NCBI GenBank assembly: GCA_013239625.1
Contig: MU053551.1
Coordinates: forward strand, 12,874-76,873
Direction of reading: 5' to 3'
Length of the DNA stretch: 64,000 nucleotides
Source of the DNA: Lama guanicoe
Taxonomy: Eukaryota
Shown here: one piece after another, positions 13,038-26,663 of the stretch
How the letters are laid out: every line of letters starts with the position of its first letter
Position numbering within the stretch: position 1 is the first letter of the stretch
The notes under the pieces: generated by a model
What the model was told of the DNA's origin: nothing
What the model saw: the letters and a program-made list of their open reading frames with translations, nothing else
Database searches by the model: none
Made by a program: the position numbers and the translations under genes

Positions 13038-16000
13038 CTTCTTTCCCAAGAACTCTCTTGAATTGGTTATATACATTAATTTCTCATTGACTAGATCAGA
13101 TTGCCTCATTTCAGCTGTCACCTCTTGTGGAATCATCCATCAAGTCCCCTTGTGAAACTGACCTCCTGGATCCTCCACGCCACTGCACAGTTCTGTTTCC
13201 CTTCCTGTCCCTTTCTTCCCTGGTTTGCTTCTCCATATTCCTTCAGTGATGCTATTTCCACTATTGAAATTTTAGCCACTTTGCTTTTAGCTTACACGTA
13301 TTTTGGGGGGTGTCAGGCTCCTTTCATGGTTTCAAGAAACATTTGTGTGCCTCTGATCCTCACATAGCCGCTCCCATCACCCTGCTATGTCGTTATCTAA
13401 GTGTCCATTGCCCCCGATCTACTTGGACACCAGCTGGACCTCTAAACACCTCTGGCCATTCAGGCTGCACCACAGAAAGCATAGGAAAATTGGAGTTGGA
13501 AAAGACAGTGTTTTTAAATGACACTGGTTAAATATTTTGGTATTTGCAATTTTATAAAAGCGTATGATCACGTGTACCTGTGTGCCGTAGTCCACGTCTA
13601 GAAAGAGTCCTATGGGAACAAGAATCCAGAAATGTAAATTTAACCCACTTCATTGTGTATCTGCCTCTGCCTCTTCTCGTCTAATCTATGCTCCACCCGT
13701 CATCGATGACATCCTGCATAGGTAAACCTCTTTATTCCCAGAATTCAAATAATAATGGGCAAACAATGAAGCACAGAAGACAGAGCCTTTGAAACTATAT
13801 TTCAGTTTGTTTCAAATTTTGTCACAATCCAGACAAGAATCCGCCACTAAATCGTTAAAAGTAAGGAGATTGTTCATGACCAGCTACAGCTTAGCCTCAG
13901 GGTAGGGCTGGAGTTGCTCACACTGCTTTGTGACAGCTGATTGTGTTGACTCTATTTCTAGCTTGAAGTTCAGTGACTGCAGGAGGGTATCAGTAAACAT
14001 TGCAAATCAAGATGTAATTTTGGAGATCTGGCTGTGAAATACATATACCAGTATAGTGCTGTCTAGTCTCATCTAAGAAAATATGTGAATCATGAAATTA
14101 TCATCATGCAGAGGGCAACACCAGCTACATGTTGCTTAAGCAGAGAACAATTTTCTTACAACATGTTGATATGCATTTCCAGAGCCCGTCTTCAGGTACA
14201 GTTTGATACACATTCCTTTGGTACGTCTGGGTTGTGAGTTGCCTTTGTTCATTTCCTTTTTCAGTTTTCTGGATATTGGCTCTTTTGTCAGTTAGGGTGT
14301 CTCCTTTTTGTCTAAAGGTGATTATCAAACAGTTCATGTTTATGTATTTCCAAAGGAAAGGGAAAACTATGGTGATTATTTCTTGGGCTTCACTCAAGTT
14401 TGCATTCATTTAGTTCAAGTGAATGAATCGCTCTGGCCATGAGGGTGGGATTCTACTGATTAAATGATATCTGTGTCCTATTGCTTGCCTTTTGGTGTAG
14501 TAGAAATCTGTTTCCATCAGAAGACAGACATTTTAGAAAGAGGCAGTTTCCAAATGAATAAACTCAACTACATTGAATATAATAATTATATTCATGTAGT
14601 TTCTACTCTGGTGAGGGGTTCAAGTAATAAAAAAATAAATGTAACAAAACTAGAAACAAAGAAACACTAAGCAAAGCATTAAACAAAGTGACGTTACAGG
14701 GGTGGCAATTAAGATGAGAACCAGAGGGAAAAATGAAACAGAACTGACCATCTCAACACCAAGAACATTCTAGGAGACTTCACATATTGTATAGTAGCTC
14801 TGTTAAGCTAACTACAAGTGTGTATTCTAAGATTATATGGTTATCTGTGCTTCACTTCTGCAATATTAATAAGACTTTATTAGGTGTACTTTTAACATCT
14901 CCATCATGTTTAGTGTGAAATAATTTTGCTTGCCAATATTAGAAGTCAAGTGGACACTGCTACTCAGAAGGAAAACTCGGAAAAAGTATATAATGTCCTT
15001 TGAGTTATCTTAAATTGCATAGTCCTCGACCCAGATTTGAGCTTAAAGGCAATGGCTGAGACATTCAGTTTCAACAATCTGCATTAGAATGAGATGCAAA
15101 ATGAAGGAAAGAGTCTGGTTCAAGACACATTGAAAAATCATTCCAAATTGTAATTTCATTGTGAGTTACAGATGTGATAAAATTCATTGTGCAATTTTTA
15201 AAATGTCACAGAGAGCTTTATAGCATTTTGGACTGTCAGGTCAGTAAAAATTTCTAAAACAAAATGGCCTCACCCTCCCATGTTTGTATTGTATGTTGCA
15301 CATCATTTGAAGATGAATCTATTTAAATGTAAATGTACCGTCACAAAGCAGTGAAACCAAATTATATGCAAACAAAGCTAGTTGAAGTAATTGAGTAGTT
15401 AGGCATTTTCAATCAAATTTAAAGGCAGATTTGTTTCCTTTCAAAAACACGACTTAGCAAAGTTTAAACACGCCTTTTCCAGGTTTGTTACTGCGTTATG
15501 CCATCTAATATGCCGATAGCAATAGAGCAATATTTTGAACAAGTTCCCATGCTTTTGTGAAGTTTATATTCCAGATTCATTCTCTAACAGTACAAAGAAT
15601 TTATTCATGTAATTTTTAAATGATACTTAATAGTGAAAAAGAAGGAATTCTGGGAACTAAAAGGGATGCCAAGTGGCATGTATAGATATGTAATTTTCAG
15701 AGAAGTACATTATTTTGCCCAATGGTATAGTACATTAAATGAGACGAAAAATCATATCACTGAAAAAAAAAAGCCAAGACCATATTTAGAATTATGAGGA
15801 GATAAGGATATGGTATAAAATGGAGCTGTAATATTGCAAATGATTGAAGTAAATATGATCTGAAGTGTATTAAATGAATAAGAATTACAGTTATTTTCTT
15901 TGAGCTGACAACGATAGGGAAGATATTTGATAAAGTCATGACAGCCTTAAAAAAATACTGACTGGTTAGATAGAGCCTGGTTGTCTCTGAGCAGTCTCTG

Positions 16001-16099
16001 AATTCAAGTATACTATGTAAATATTTATGGAATAACTGAATGAAAAGTTAATAAGTGATGACATCTAATATTTATTATGAAATATGTGCAACAGGGAAA

Positions 16100-17105
16100 T
16101 TCATAGGAAACGTTAAACTATGAATTCCTTAGATGTGGGGCTATTCAGGTGAATGATTTCTCCTTGAATGAGTTTGGCAGCCGCTGTCTTTGAGGGAATC
16201 TGTTCGTTTCATGTAAGCTGTAAAACATACTGGCACGAAGTACATCCTAATACTCTCTTGATACAATTCTAATGCCTATGGAAACTGTTGCAATGTCCCA
16301 TCATTTATTCTGAAAACTTGTAATTTGTGTCTTCGCTCACTTTCTTGACCTTTTCAAAATGCTAATTTTTCGTTTCCTTTATTTTCTTTATTGTGGTTCT
16401 GTTTTCAACTTCATTTATTTTTAATCTTGTCTTATTTCTCTTTCTACTAGAAGTGAATTTAATTTAGTGTTTGTTTTGTTTATTTTTTGTTTCTTTAGGC
16501 AGAAACTTATTCATTTGAGATTTACTGTCTAATATAAGTATTTAATAGGATAATTACCTTCTAATAACTATTTAAGCCCCATGCCATAAATATTGATAGG
16601 TTGTGTTTCCCTTCCATTTAGTTAAATATAATTTCTCATATAACTTGTGATTTCTCTTCATGATTTCTTCTTTGATTAATATCTTATTCAGAAGTATGTT
16701 GTTTAATTTCCAAATATATAGGAATTTTTCAGATATCTTTCTGTTATGGATATTTCCAATTTAATTTCATATAGTCAAATGATATGTGTTATTTCAGTCT
16801 TTTAAATTTTTTGAAACTGATACCGTGGCCCAGAATATGGTCTCTCTTTCCACAGTTCCATGAGCATTTGAAAATAATATATATTCTGTTATTGTCTGTA
16901 AAGTGTTGTAAAAATCAGGTCAATGTTATTAAGAAGTTCAAGTCTTCTATGTTCTTATTTCCATTTTCTCTGTTACTGAAATAGGCTTGTTAAAATATAA
17001 CTCTGTAAGTGCTGATTTTCCCATTTCTTCTTTACATGATCAGTTTTTGCATCATTTGTTTTGAATCTCAGTTGTTAATTTCACACTTACATAGAATTTT
17101 TATGA
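16100..17105 (-). mobile_element. Ancient L1 ORF2 segment (endonuclease to pre-RT region), antisense
   Basis: The reverse complement at the left end reads cctgaatagcccc..., the ORF2 'LNRP' region. The tract continues through ttcagaagtatgttgtttaatttcc and tggcccagaatatggtct, which are endonuclease-region antisense motifs. Confidence 0.8.
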
Positions 17106-17134
17106 ACAGCGAATGCTTGGGGGTAAAAAAAAAA

Positions 17135-19195
17135 AAAGGAAACAGGAAAAGAAACCATACAGATCAATATTCCTTAGGAACTCAGGCAAAATATCTTTAA
17201 CAAAATTTTAGCAAATTGAATCCAACAATATATAAAAAGCCTACTACTCTATGACCTAGTTGAATTTATCTCAAGGATGTAAGGTTAACCTATAAAAATT
17301 AATGTTATTAAGCATATTCTTCATTCTACAAAAACAAAATCATTATATTATTATCTCAATAAATAAAGAAAAAAGTCTTGACAAAATTCAATCTCCTTAC
17401 TTCATTGAACACTTGCAGCAAACTAGGAATAAAAGAGATATCCTAACCAGGTAAAGGACAGCTGCAAAATATCTACGACTAAAATTATGGTGGGATAATG
17501 GTGGGATACTGAACATTTTAAGCACAATCTCAAAAAAGCAAGGATTTCCACTATCAACACTATCTTTCAACATTTTACCAGACATCCTAGTCCTCAGTTA
17601 GGCAAAGACATAATTTAAAAGGCATAGCTATTGGAAATAAAGAAGTGTTTATTTGCAAGATAGCAGTTTTTCCTATATACATAATCCTAAGGAATGTGAA
17701 AAAGCTACTCCAAGCAATAAATTGGTTTAGCAAGGTTTCAGGACACAGGCAAATTAAAAATTACACGACTAAAATTATGGTGGGATAATGGTGGGATACT
17801 GAACTTTTTAAGCACAATCTCAAAAAAGCAAGGATTTCCACTATCAACACTTTCTTTCAGCATTGTACCAGATATCCTAGACCTCAGTGAGGCAAAGGCA
17901 TAATTTAAGAGGCATGGCTATTGGAAATAAAGAAGTGTTTATTTGCAAGATAGCAGTCTTTCCTATATACATAATCCTAAGGAATGTGAAAAAGCTACTC
18001 CGAGCAATAAATTGGTTTAGCAAGGTTTCAGGACACAGGCAAATTAAAAATTTAATTGTCCTTTTAAAGAAAAGTTGGGGATTGAAATCTAAGAAATCAG
18101 TACCATTTATAATGTCATCAAATATATGAAATATTTTGGAAAATATTTAACAGCATATGTGCAAGATCTGTACGCTGAAAAGTGTAATACAATGCTGAGA
18201 GACATCTAAAACACTTAAAGAGATATTTTCATGAACCAGAAGACTTAATGTTGTTCAGATGTCAATCTTCCACAAGTTAATCTATGGACTCAGTACAACC
18301 CTCACCACATCCTAGCTGGCATTTTTGTTGAAATTAACAAGACAATTCTGAAATTTATATAGAAATGAAAAAGGCCTAGACAATTTTGAAAAACAAAGAC
18401 AAACTTTATCTATTCAGCTTCAAGATTTAGAATAAATCTACTTTAATCAAGACACTGTGGTGTGGGTAAAAGGATGGAAAAAACAGAATCTAGAAATAGC
18501 CCCCCACATGTTAATTCAGTTGATTTTTAACAAAGATGTGAAGGGAATTCAATAGAGAATGGTTACTATTTTTAGTATATGGTGCTGGAAAAGTTGAACA
18601 TCCATATGTAAAAAATGAAACTTTTGCCCCATAAACCAATATTAACTAGAAATGCATCATAGTCCTAAATGTAAAAGCTAAAACTGTAAAACTGGTCGTA
18701 TATGTCATAGGAAGAAATATTTGTGCCACTTGTTAGGAAAGTTTCTTCAGATGGGATACAAAAAAACACCATGATCCATAAAAGAAAAAAATGTGTTTTT
18801 ATTCTCTAAAAGACACTGGTAACCACAGACTATAAGAAATGTTCAAAATACATTTATCTAATAAAAGACTTGTTTCCTGTATATTTAAAGAACAGCTGCA
18901 ACTCAATAATAAAACAGCCCAATAAAATGGGCAAATGATTTATGGATGAATTACATAAAATTATGGAATATAAAAGAATTCAGATACAAAAGAAAATGTA
19001 ATTCTAAAGAAGACAACTAAAATGGCAGAAAGCAGATCAGTGATTGTCAAAGCTTTGGGGTGAGAGGGGAGTGACTAGAAAGCAACACAAGGATAATTTA
19101 GATGAAAATGTTCTGTATCATGATCATATGGTATTGATCATGTGGTAGTTACTCAACTTTGTTAAAAGTTAACATAATGTGTGCTTAACATTTAT
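17135..19195 (+). mobile_element. Ancient L1 (L1M-type) RT region to 3' end, degraded
   Basis: aacaaaattttagcaaattgaatccaacaatatataaaaag is the NKILANRIQQ-like RT start. The L1M-type 3'UTR reads agaaagcagatcagtgattgtc...gatgaaaatgttctgtatc. Confidence 0.85.
17475..18052. repeat. Tandem direct duplication, 290-bp period (17475-17762 / 17765-18052)
   Basis: Direct alignment: about 12 substitutions and a 2-nt linker 'ac'. The first 40 bp and last 50 bp are identical. Confidence 0.97.
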
Positions 19196-19739
19196 TCTAA
19201 AAATTCATCAGAAAGAGTTCAAGTTGGCTTGGTCAATCAAAGATAGATAGTAGACTTGGATTATGTAAACATGTATGAGTTTGAAGTCATCTCTTTGGTG
19301 GTGTTGGGATAGGAAGGTCGGGGACCCTTGCCTCTACAAAGCTGTAGGAACATTTTTATGACTACTAGATTTATACATTTGCACAATTACTGGGTCAACA
19401 ATGCTGGGAATTAAAGGTAAGGAACCACAACACTCCAGTAACAACCACAAACCCCTGAACCCATAGGCATGTGTGACAGGTGGTGTTGATTACCTTTACA
19501 AAAGAGCCATGATTTAGTTTAGATGGTCACCTCTCTGAGAATTTGACCCTTTCCCAGCTTTGAGAAAATCCTGATTAGTCTAAGGTCCCATAATAATTCT
19601 ATTTCTTCTGTCAGTTTCTAGTTTAGTCTTGCCACGTAACCCAGCTATATCTGATAAGACTTAAAGGAAATTTACCTTAGAGTAGAGAAAGTCTGAAAAA
19701 TAGAGCCTTGTTCTTCCACAGGAGAAATATATTTTTGAT

Positions 19740-20001
19740 CTATCTGACCATTGCTATGTTGGACTTGATGCTTGGAAATGTTTTAGCCAGCTTACAAAGA
19801 GCAGTAGGGCCACCATAAGGATGACAAGTTGAAAAAGCAAGGAGGATGGGTTGCTGATAACCTCACTGAATCACTCAATTAATCATTTTCAAAGCTGGAA
19901 TACCTTGGGTTTAATGTTACATGAGACAAATTTATTTACTATTTAAGCCTTTTTACAATGGGTTACCTGTTACTGGTTGAATAAAGCATGCTACCTGATA
20001 C
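19740..20001 (+). mobile_element. MLT1 LTR relic
   Basis: MLT1-like 3' end gttacatgagac...tttaagcc...ctgttact...gcatgctacctgataca. Confidence 0.5.
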
Positions 20002-21314
20002 AGCACCAAAAATAACACTGAGATGCTAACTACATATTAATTTTCATATAGCATTTGCATATGATAAAAATTTCACATACAATATTTAACTTTAACCTCA
20101 GAATAAGCCTGAGGATTGCTGTTACAAAAATTAAAGATGTTAATTAGAAATTTAAAGATGATCCAGTCTAGTGGATTTATTTTCCCCACTTCTGTGTTGT
20201 ACTAATTTAGGTTACTCAATCACTGATTTTTTTTAAAGCAGTCCTTCTGATTCGTTGCATATGATTAACATGGATTTTATTATGTCTAATTTTGGGTTTG
20301 CTATATTTGCTTTCTAGACCGTATAATAAGAATTTTGTGTAAAAGTAACCTGTAAAACATACAAAAATGAACAGTATTTTCCACCTTGAATTTTTTACTT
20401 AATTTATCATACTTGGTGCTAAACTGGGTCTTACTGTTTGCACAAACCAAACCCATCCACAGTGGATAAGAATTTTCTATCAGTTATATTATTTTGAAAG
20501 AAATGTTCAATGGACTCTAGGCAGTTTTAGCAGAAGAATTTAAAAGTTTTCAGCCAAATTCAATACTGTTTTCCTATTTACTTATAGGTGAATAAACTGA
20601 AATGGAGAGAATTAATAGTGCTTTAATTTTCCAACACTTAATAGAAAGTTGTGTCATAGGTCTTGTGTTGTAAACAGGCTTTACTTTGGCTAATCAGATT
20701 GGCCATGTGAGAAATGTCTGCTCATTCTATGCAGCCGATTTTAACAGTTCATTTCTTCCATTTCCCAGCATTGGTTTGTACCCTGTACAATTTAATAAAG
20801 AAAGCGAAGACATTTTTAATCAGGAATGTCAGTACTTCTGAAGCCAGAGTGACCAGTCCAGGACCACTGGAAGCTGTTTTGTGTGTCTTAGGTGGCTCCT
20901 GCTGTGCTTTGAGATCCAGCTCCATTTCTACTACATTCATGATACCACCCCTAAATGTAAGTGGGACACTGGAGTCTTTCTTCCGTGTCACAGAAGGGAA
21001 ACAAGTGCATCGAACCTTGGGATTACTAGCCCAGAGCCTTTTAGTGGGAAATAGTAGCAACAAATCCCAGCCAAGGATGATATTGAACTTCATACGTGGT
21101 AATATTAAGAGGTACCATAGATAGAACATGTTATTTAATGATTCCAATTATTGTCTGCATCATCCACCTAAAACATTTTCAGAATCTTAAGATAGTTGAA
21201 TTAACAGGGATTTGGAATGCATGTATTCCACTCTCTTATTTGCATATAAGAAATCAAAAACAGACATGTCTTGCTATGGACTTCTACATTGTGTTTTGAC
21301 ATAAGGTTCCTATA

Positions 21315-21545
21315 TTAGCGTAGTGGAATAAACACGGATTTAGAAGTCAAGATAACATAGAATGGGATACTTCACCCTATTATTTAGCCAGTGAAACATG
21401 CGTGGAATCTTTTATTTCCCTAAGACTTTTTCCTCATTTATGAAATTGAAATAATAATGACAACCCCCACATACTTTGTCAGTATTAAATGAGCTATTTT
21501 GAAGAAGCCTAAAACTCCTGGAAAACAGTAAAATAATAGATAATA
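21315..21545 (+). mobile_element. MIR SINE relic
   Basis: gcgtagtggaataaacacggatttagaagtcaag...tttcctcatttatgaaattgaaataataatg. Confidence 0.55.
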
Positions 21546-23357
21546 AATGGCTGCCGATGGCTTGTTTTTGAATTGGCATGTGTGTATCTGTGTGTGTGAA
21601 AGACAGAGGGACAGAGGCAGAGACAGAGCCAGAGAACGAGAGAGGGATAGCCCCATCTAGATAATTACATCTTGTGGACATCACTGTTCAACTTTTACCA
21701 TATGAAACATTTGGTAAGCATTCTCTTTTGTCGGTGCCTATGTGTTTGTTGGAATACCTGAGATTCTGATATAATTGGCTTTTCAGCTCTGACAGTATAC
21801 CTGCCAAGAAATGAAGAAAGATCAGTATTAAAATAATCTATTTTAGTACTATTTGAGTCCAAGAATTCTGCTGGTCCTCTATATGGTACATTCTGTTTCG
21901 CTTCCAAAGTTGGTTGAATGTCAACAACATCATCTCAAAAAAGAAAAAAACAAAAAAATAATATTGATTCCTGGATCTCACCAAGAGATGATTACTTCAT
22001 TGGTCTAAGAGAATTAAGAGCTCGTTTTTGGTTAGATTCCAAGTAATAATTACTGGTTTTGCTGATAAATGTTTCCAATAATTTGGGATTTAAAAAAAAA
22101 TCCTGAGAACATGGAACAATGCTAGAGTTACACAAGATCAGTGTTATAAATACATCTCTGTCATTTGAACATTCTTAGTACCAAAGAAACTTTTCAAATG
22201 GGCCCTCATGGAGAAACAATCTTCAAACTCTTTCTTTCCATGGCTACGTTCTTAGAAACATACATTTCCCCAGCCGTGCTGACTATCATTTCTCATGTGC
22301 GCCAAAAATCAGGCTTTTGATGACTGTAGCACTTGGTCCTCATAATAAAACTGTCAACGTGCATGTCAATTAATGCCAGTTGGAATGTGGACACTTATTC
22401 ACTAGGAACAGGACTGAAACCACCAGCTAATTTCACATAGGCCATTGAACAGTAATGACTTCCCATCACTTACAACCAGAGCTGCTTTCAAACCAGTGAC
22501 CCAGAAATGAAAGGCTCTGTATCCCATTATCATTTCCCTGGAAAACATTGTTCCCTTGAGTTCACTTTCTCCTAAACAGTTCTAAAAGGCTTTATTGGCT
22601 TTAACAGGTGTATTAATGAGGCAGAGAAATCAGATTGTCATTAAAGATTGTTTTTAAAACCTTTAAAATGCAATAGCCTAAATTTCTATGGGTGATGATA
22701 GAAATAATAAAAAGTAAATTCTCCTCTGACATACAAGAGACAGCAATACTATTGACCTTAATTCTCAAATGCTTCTTTCTAGTAGACACCCTAACACTTT
22801 GAATGAAATATCCATTTCAAATTGGACAATGTGCTATAAAATGAGAACAATCATAAGGAGGTAATTAACAGCTACTTCTGATGATTTTATGTGTCTGTTT
22901 ATATATATACATATACATACACATGTATGTATAAATGACTGCATTTTAAAAATACTTTTTCTTGTGATGAGAACTTTTAAGATCTAAATGTGTGCATTTT
23001 ATTTTATTACACCTCCTATACCTCATAGAGGAGAAATGAATTTATAGTGAATTCTAGTCTACTTATGAACAAAAAAAGAAATTCTTAAGTTACAGAGTAT
23101 ATTTGGAATTATTATTACACTATTCCTGATTTCATAAGATCTGCTGATCAGTTATATCTGGATTTATCCTAAAATTTACTTGAAAGCTGTACCAATTGTA
23201 AGCCAACATGGCAACAGTGAGTATCTCTATGAGTATGTGATCTGAGGCTCTCTACTCATTAATTCTATGGCTAAAATTAATTGAGTCTGTTTTCCTAATA
23301 AGTTAATATTGGAATGAGTTAAATGTCAGAGTGATGAGATACTTGCCATGATATATT

Positions 23358-23570
23358 GGGAAGATCCTGGGCTTTGCAGTCAGGGAGACATGGATTAGAA
23401 GTCTGGCTCCTCCTTTCACTAGCTGTATAATCTGAAAAAAAATCTTACTTAATTTGTCTGTATTTCAGTTTTCCTACCTGGAAAAAAGTAATATATTTCT
23501 CTTCCAATTTTATAAGGATTAAAAATAATATTTGTGTTTATGGATAACAGTAAGTATTCAGTACATCATA
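23358..23570 (+). mobile_element. MIR SINE relic
   Basis: gggctttgcagtcagggagacatggatt...cactagctgtataatct...tctgtatttcagttttcctacctggaaaa. Confidence 0.65.
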
Positions 23571-24334
23571 GATAATATTACAAAGTGGAAGAATATCTCA
23601 GAGAAAGGAAATCTAACTTTTTGATACCTGTCCGGAAACACTGGTTGGAATAATGTTTCCTTAACTCTCAGTAGGAGGTGTTTAGCTTCAGTAACAGAGT
23701 AATTACCCAAATAGTTGTATTAATAGGATCAGTTTCACCTAGGAGGTAAACCCATTGGCTCAACAATGTCAAGAAATAGAGCTTCTTAGTTGCATCTCCA
23801 GTTCCTCAGCTTGGTCACCTTGGTAAGGTACGTGCTGAAGCCCCAAGCTTCACACCCATAGTCTTGAACATCCCAGCAGGAAAGAAGAGGGCTGTGGCAA
23901 AAAACTTTAACCATGTAAAAGTGTGGTTATGCTTAAGAGGGAGGAGGGACCATGGCTGTTGAATAGGCAACAACGGTGTTGTTCCATTTTCTCCTGTGAT
24001 ACCATGTATCTCTCTTCCAATACATCTCAGAGTTTACAGTTTTGGATAGATTTGCATGGTTGTCCAATTAATGTGTATTTTCTCCTCTGGATGCTTAGCT
24101 TCTACAGAATTAATTGTTCTCTGCTGAATCCCCATTGCCCGAATGGCTGCCAGAGGTCAACAAATACTGGCTGAATGAAACTTCTGTCAAAATGCTGAAG
24201 GTTGTATTTTACTGATTTCTCACAGCCTAAGTGATACCAGTTAGTGACAGATTACTATTTTGTATGTGTGCAAATATATGAATTATCTTCCCATTTTGTG
24301 TCATTTCCTTCCTTGACTATGTCCCATACTCATT

Positions 24335-24920
24335 TCTTTTTTTTAATTGAAGTATAGTTGATTCACAATGTTGTGTTAGTTTCTGGGTACACCACAGTGA
24401 TTAGGTTTATATGTCTTTGTGTGTGTGTGTGCGTGTGTGTGTGTATGTATTTTTTTTCATATTTTTTCATTATTGATTATTACAAAGTATTGAATATAGT
24501 TCCCTGTGCTATACAGTAGGACCTTGTTATTTATCTGTTTCATATGTAGTAGTTTGTGTGTGTTAATCCCATACTCTAATTTATCCCTCCCCCAACCCTT
24601 TCCCCTTTGGTAACCATGTTTGTTTTCTGTATCTGTGAGTCTGTTATGTTTTGTAAATAAGTTCATTTGTATCATTTTTTTAGCTGCCACATATAAATGT
24701 TATCATATAACATTGTCTTTGTCTGAATTACTTCACTTAGTATGATAATCTCTAGGTCCATCCATGTTGCTGCAAATGGCATTATTTCATTCTTTTTATG
24801 GCTGAGTAGTAGTGTATGTATATGTATGTGTTTGTCTATCTATCTATATATACCACATATTCTTTATCCTTTCATCTGTCAATGGACATTTAGTTTCCTT
24901 CTATGTCTTGACTATTGTAG
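24335..24920 (-). mobile_element. 5'-truncated L1 3' end with an internal (TG)n
   Basis: Poly-T followed by aattgaagtatagttgatt, gttccctgtgctatacagtagg and tctaggtccatccatgttgctgcaaatggc. ORF 24457..24690 is a 3'UTR frame. Confidence 0.92.
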
Positions 24921-25326
24921 ACACAGGAATTCCCACTTACCAAAAAAAAAAAAATTCACCTGGCTCCAGGAAGATGATTCATTAGGCAGGAACATTCCTT
25001 TCTTAATCCTGTAAGGGGTCACAATGACCCATTACTCACCTCGCTGAACTATGTAAATTGTCAGTATGTTACTTGGATGTATAATCATTTGTCTCAAAAG
25101 CTCAGTATGACTGTGCTTTGACCTCTATTGGGCTGAATACTCTTCAGAGGTTTCCGAAAAACTATCTTCGTGGTCATAATCCTCAGGTTGGCTCGAGTAA
25201 CTCTAGTTAATGTATAATGCAGATGCACAATGCACACTAAAGGGGAGGGAGTGGCGGCTCGAACAGCAGAGAAAATTTTCTGTTACATTTTTCTTGTCGT
25301 GCCTTACAGATATTTTCATTTCATCA
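24921..25326. mobile_element. ERV LTR (same family as 48904-49363), rearranged: 24921-25200 on +, 25201-25326 on -
   Basis: The reverse complement of about 24990-25200 aligns to 48945-49160. 25205-25326 aligns directly to 49250-49363. Confidence 0.75.
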
Positions 25327-26663
25327 GTGCATATAGAATATTATACAGTAGTAAAGGAGGTAATTACTTCTGACAGGAGGTTTCAATAAGACTTCACAGT
25401 GGAGATGATCTTATATTGATCTTAAAGGATGCAGTGGACCTTCCCACATAATAAAACCTAGGAGAAAAATGACAGAAAAGAGCTTTCCTATTGGAGGCAA
25501 CTCTGTTAAAAATGTTAGAAGTCTGGTTTGTTTTCACTCCCTGTTCTGTCCCTATCATTCCCCAAGAAGTTTCAACGTTTTTGGAAGTTTGTGTTTAAGG
25601 AAGCAGCTGTTAGATTCCAGCTACTCCAGTCTCATCACAAATGACAAAGGCAACCTGCAGCATAAGCTTCTGCTCAGCCTTAGCCCTTGGATTCCCTGAG
25701 GTTTCCTCCAGGCAGCAATGCTGCTAAATGCAACAGGTGGTTCAGCATAATACCTGCATCTACACAACCTATTCCCTGCATGGACTTAATTAAATGCAGT
25801 AGGAGAAGCCATTACCTATGGGAGCTTCCAAATATTGTGAGATAGAAGATTCAAATTAACCTCTTCCTACAAAACTAACATTATTTTTTATAGCACTTAT
25901 TTGAGACATAGTTTTCTTTTGAAGTTCTGTGCAGATCTTTCCCCAAGTAGTGGATGGTGGATCATATTTAGCTTTGATACTTTTTATGGTTTACCTAATT
26001 TCTTCATGATTTTTCCCCACACCCTAAGGAGGTGATCCTGTAGGGCAGGAGGGCTGTAGCCAGCTCGACTGGAGGAGGGCTGAGTACATGTGTACAGTCT
26101 TTATTGATTACTTATGCCTTCCTAGTTAAAACTTCCCATCCTTGGTGACCCTCATGTTTATGGGGACCAAGAATGAAGATAATTTGTCTCTTCTTGTTCC
26201 TTTTTTTGTCCCATTTGTTTTTCCACAAATTCTTTATAATCATTTCTCCTGACTTTCTAACTGAAATCCTGACTATGCTTCAACTGCATGTCTTCCTGTA
26301 GTCTGTGAGACCCTGTAGAGATTGAATATCCTTGAATCTCCCTTTGATCAATCCTGCCTTTTCACTAATGTGTTTAAAAAACACTAGGTAAAGTATCATA
26401 GTTGAATCTGAATTCATACACTACACAGTAAGAGTCTAAATCAAATTCTGAGTAGGAAAGTGACAAATAAGATATACATAAAATATATATATATCATTTC
26501 TGCAAAATTTGATTTAAACCCTTATTGCCTGGTACATAAAATCAGATTCAACTAGGGTACTTTACCTAGTGTTTCAAACACACCAGTGAAAAGGCAGGAT
26601 TGATATATGTATTATATATATACATTTAATATTGATTATATAGTTCACTAATTCCTTTAGAAA

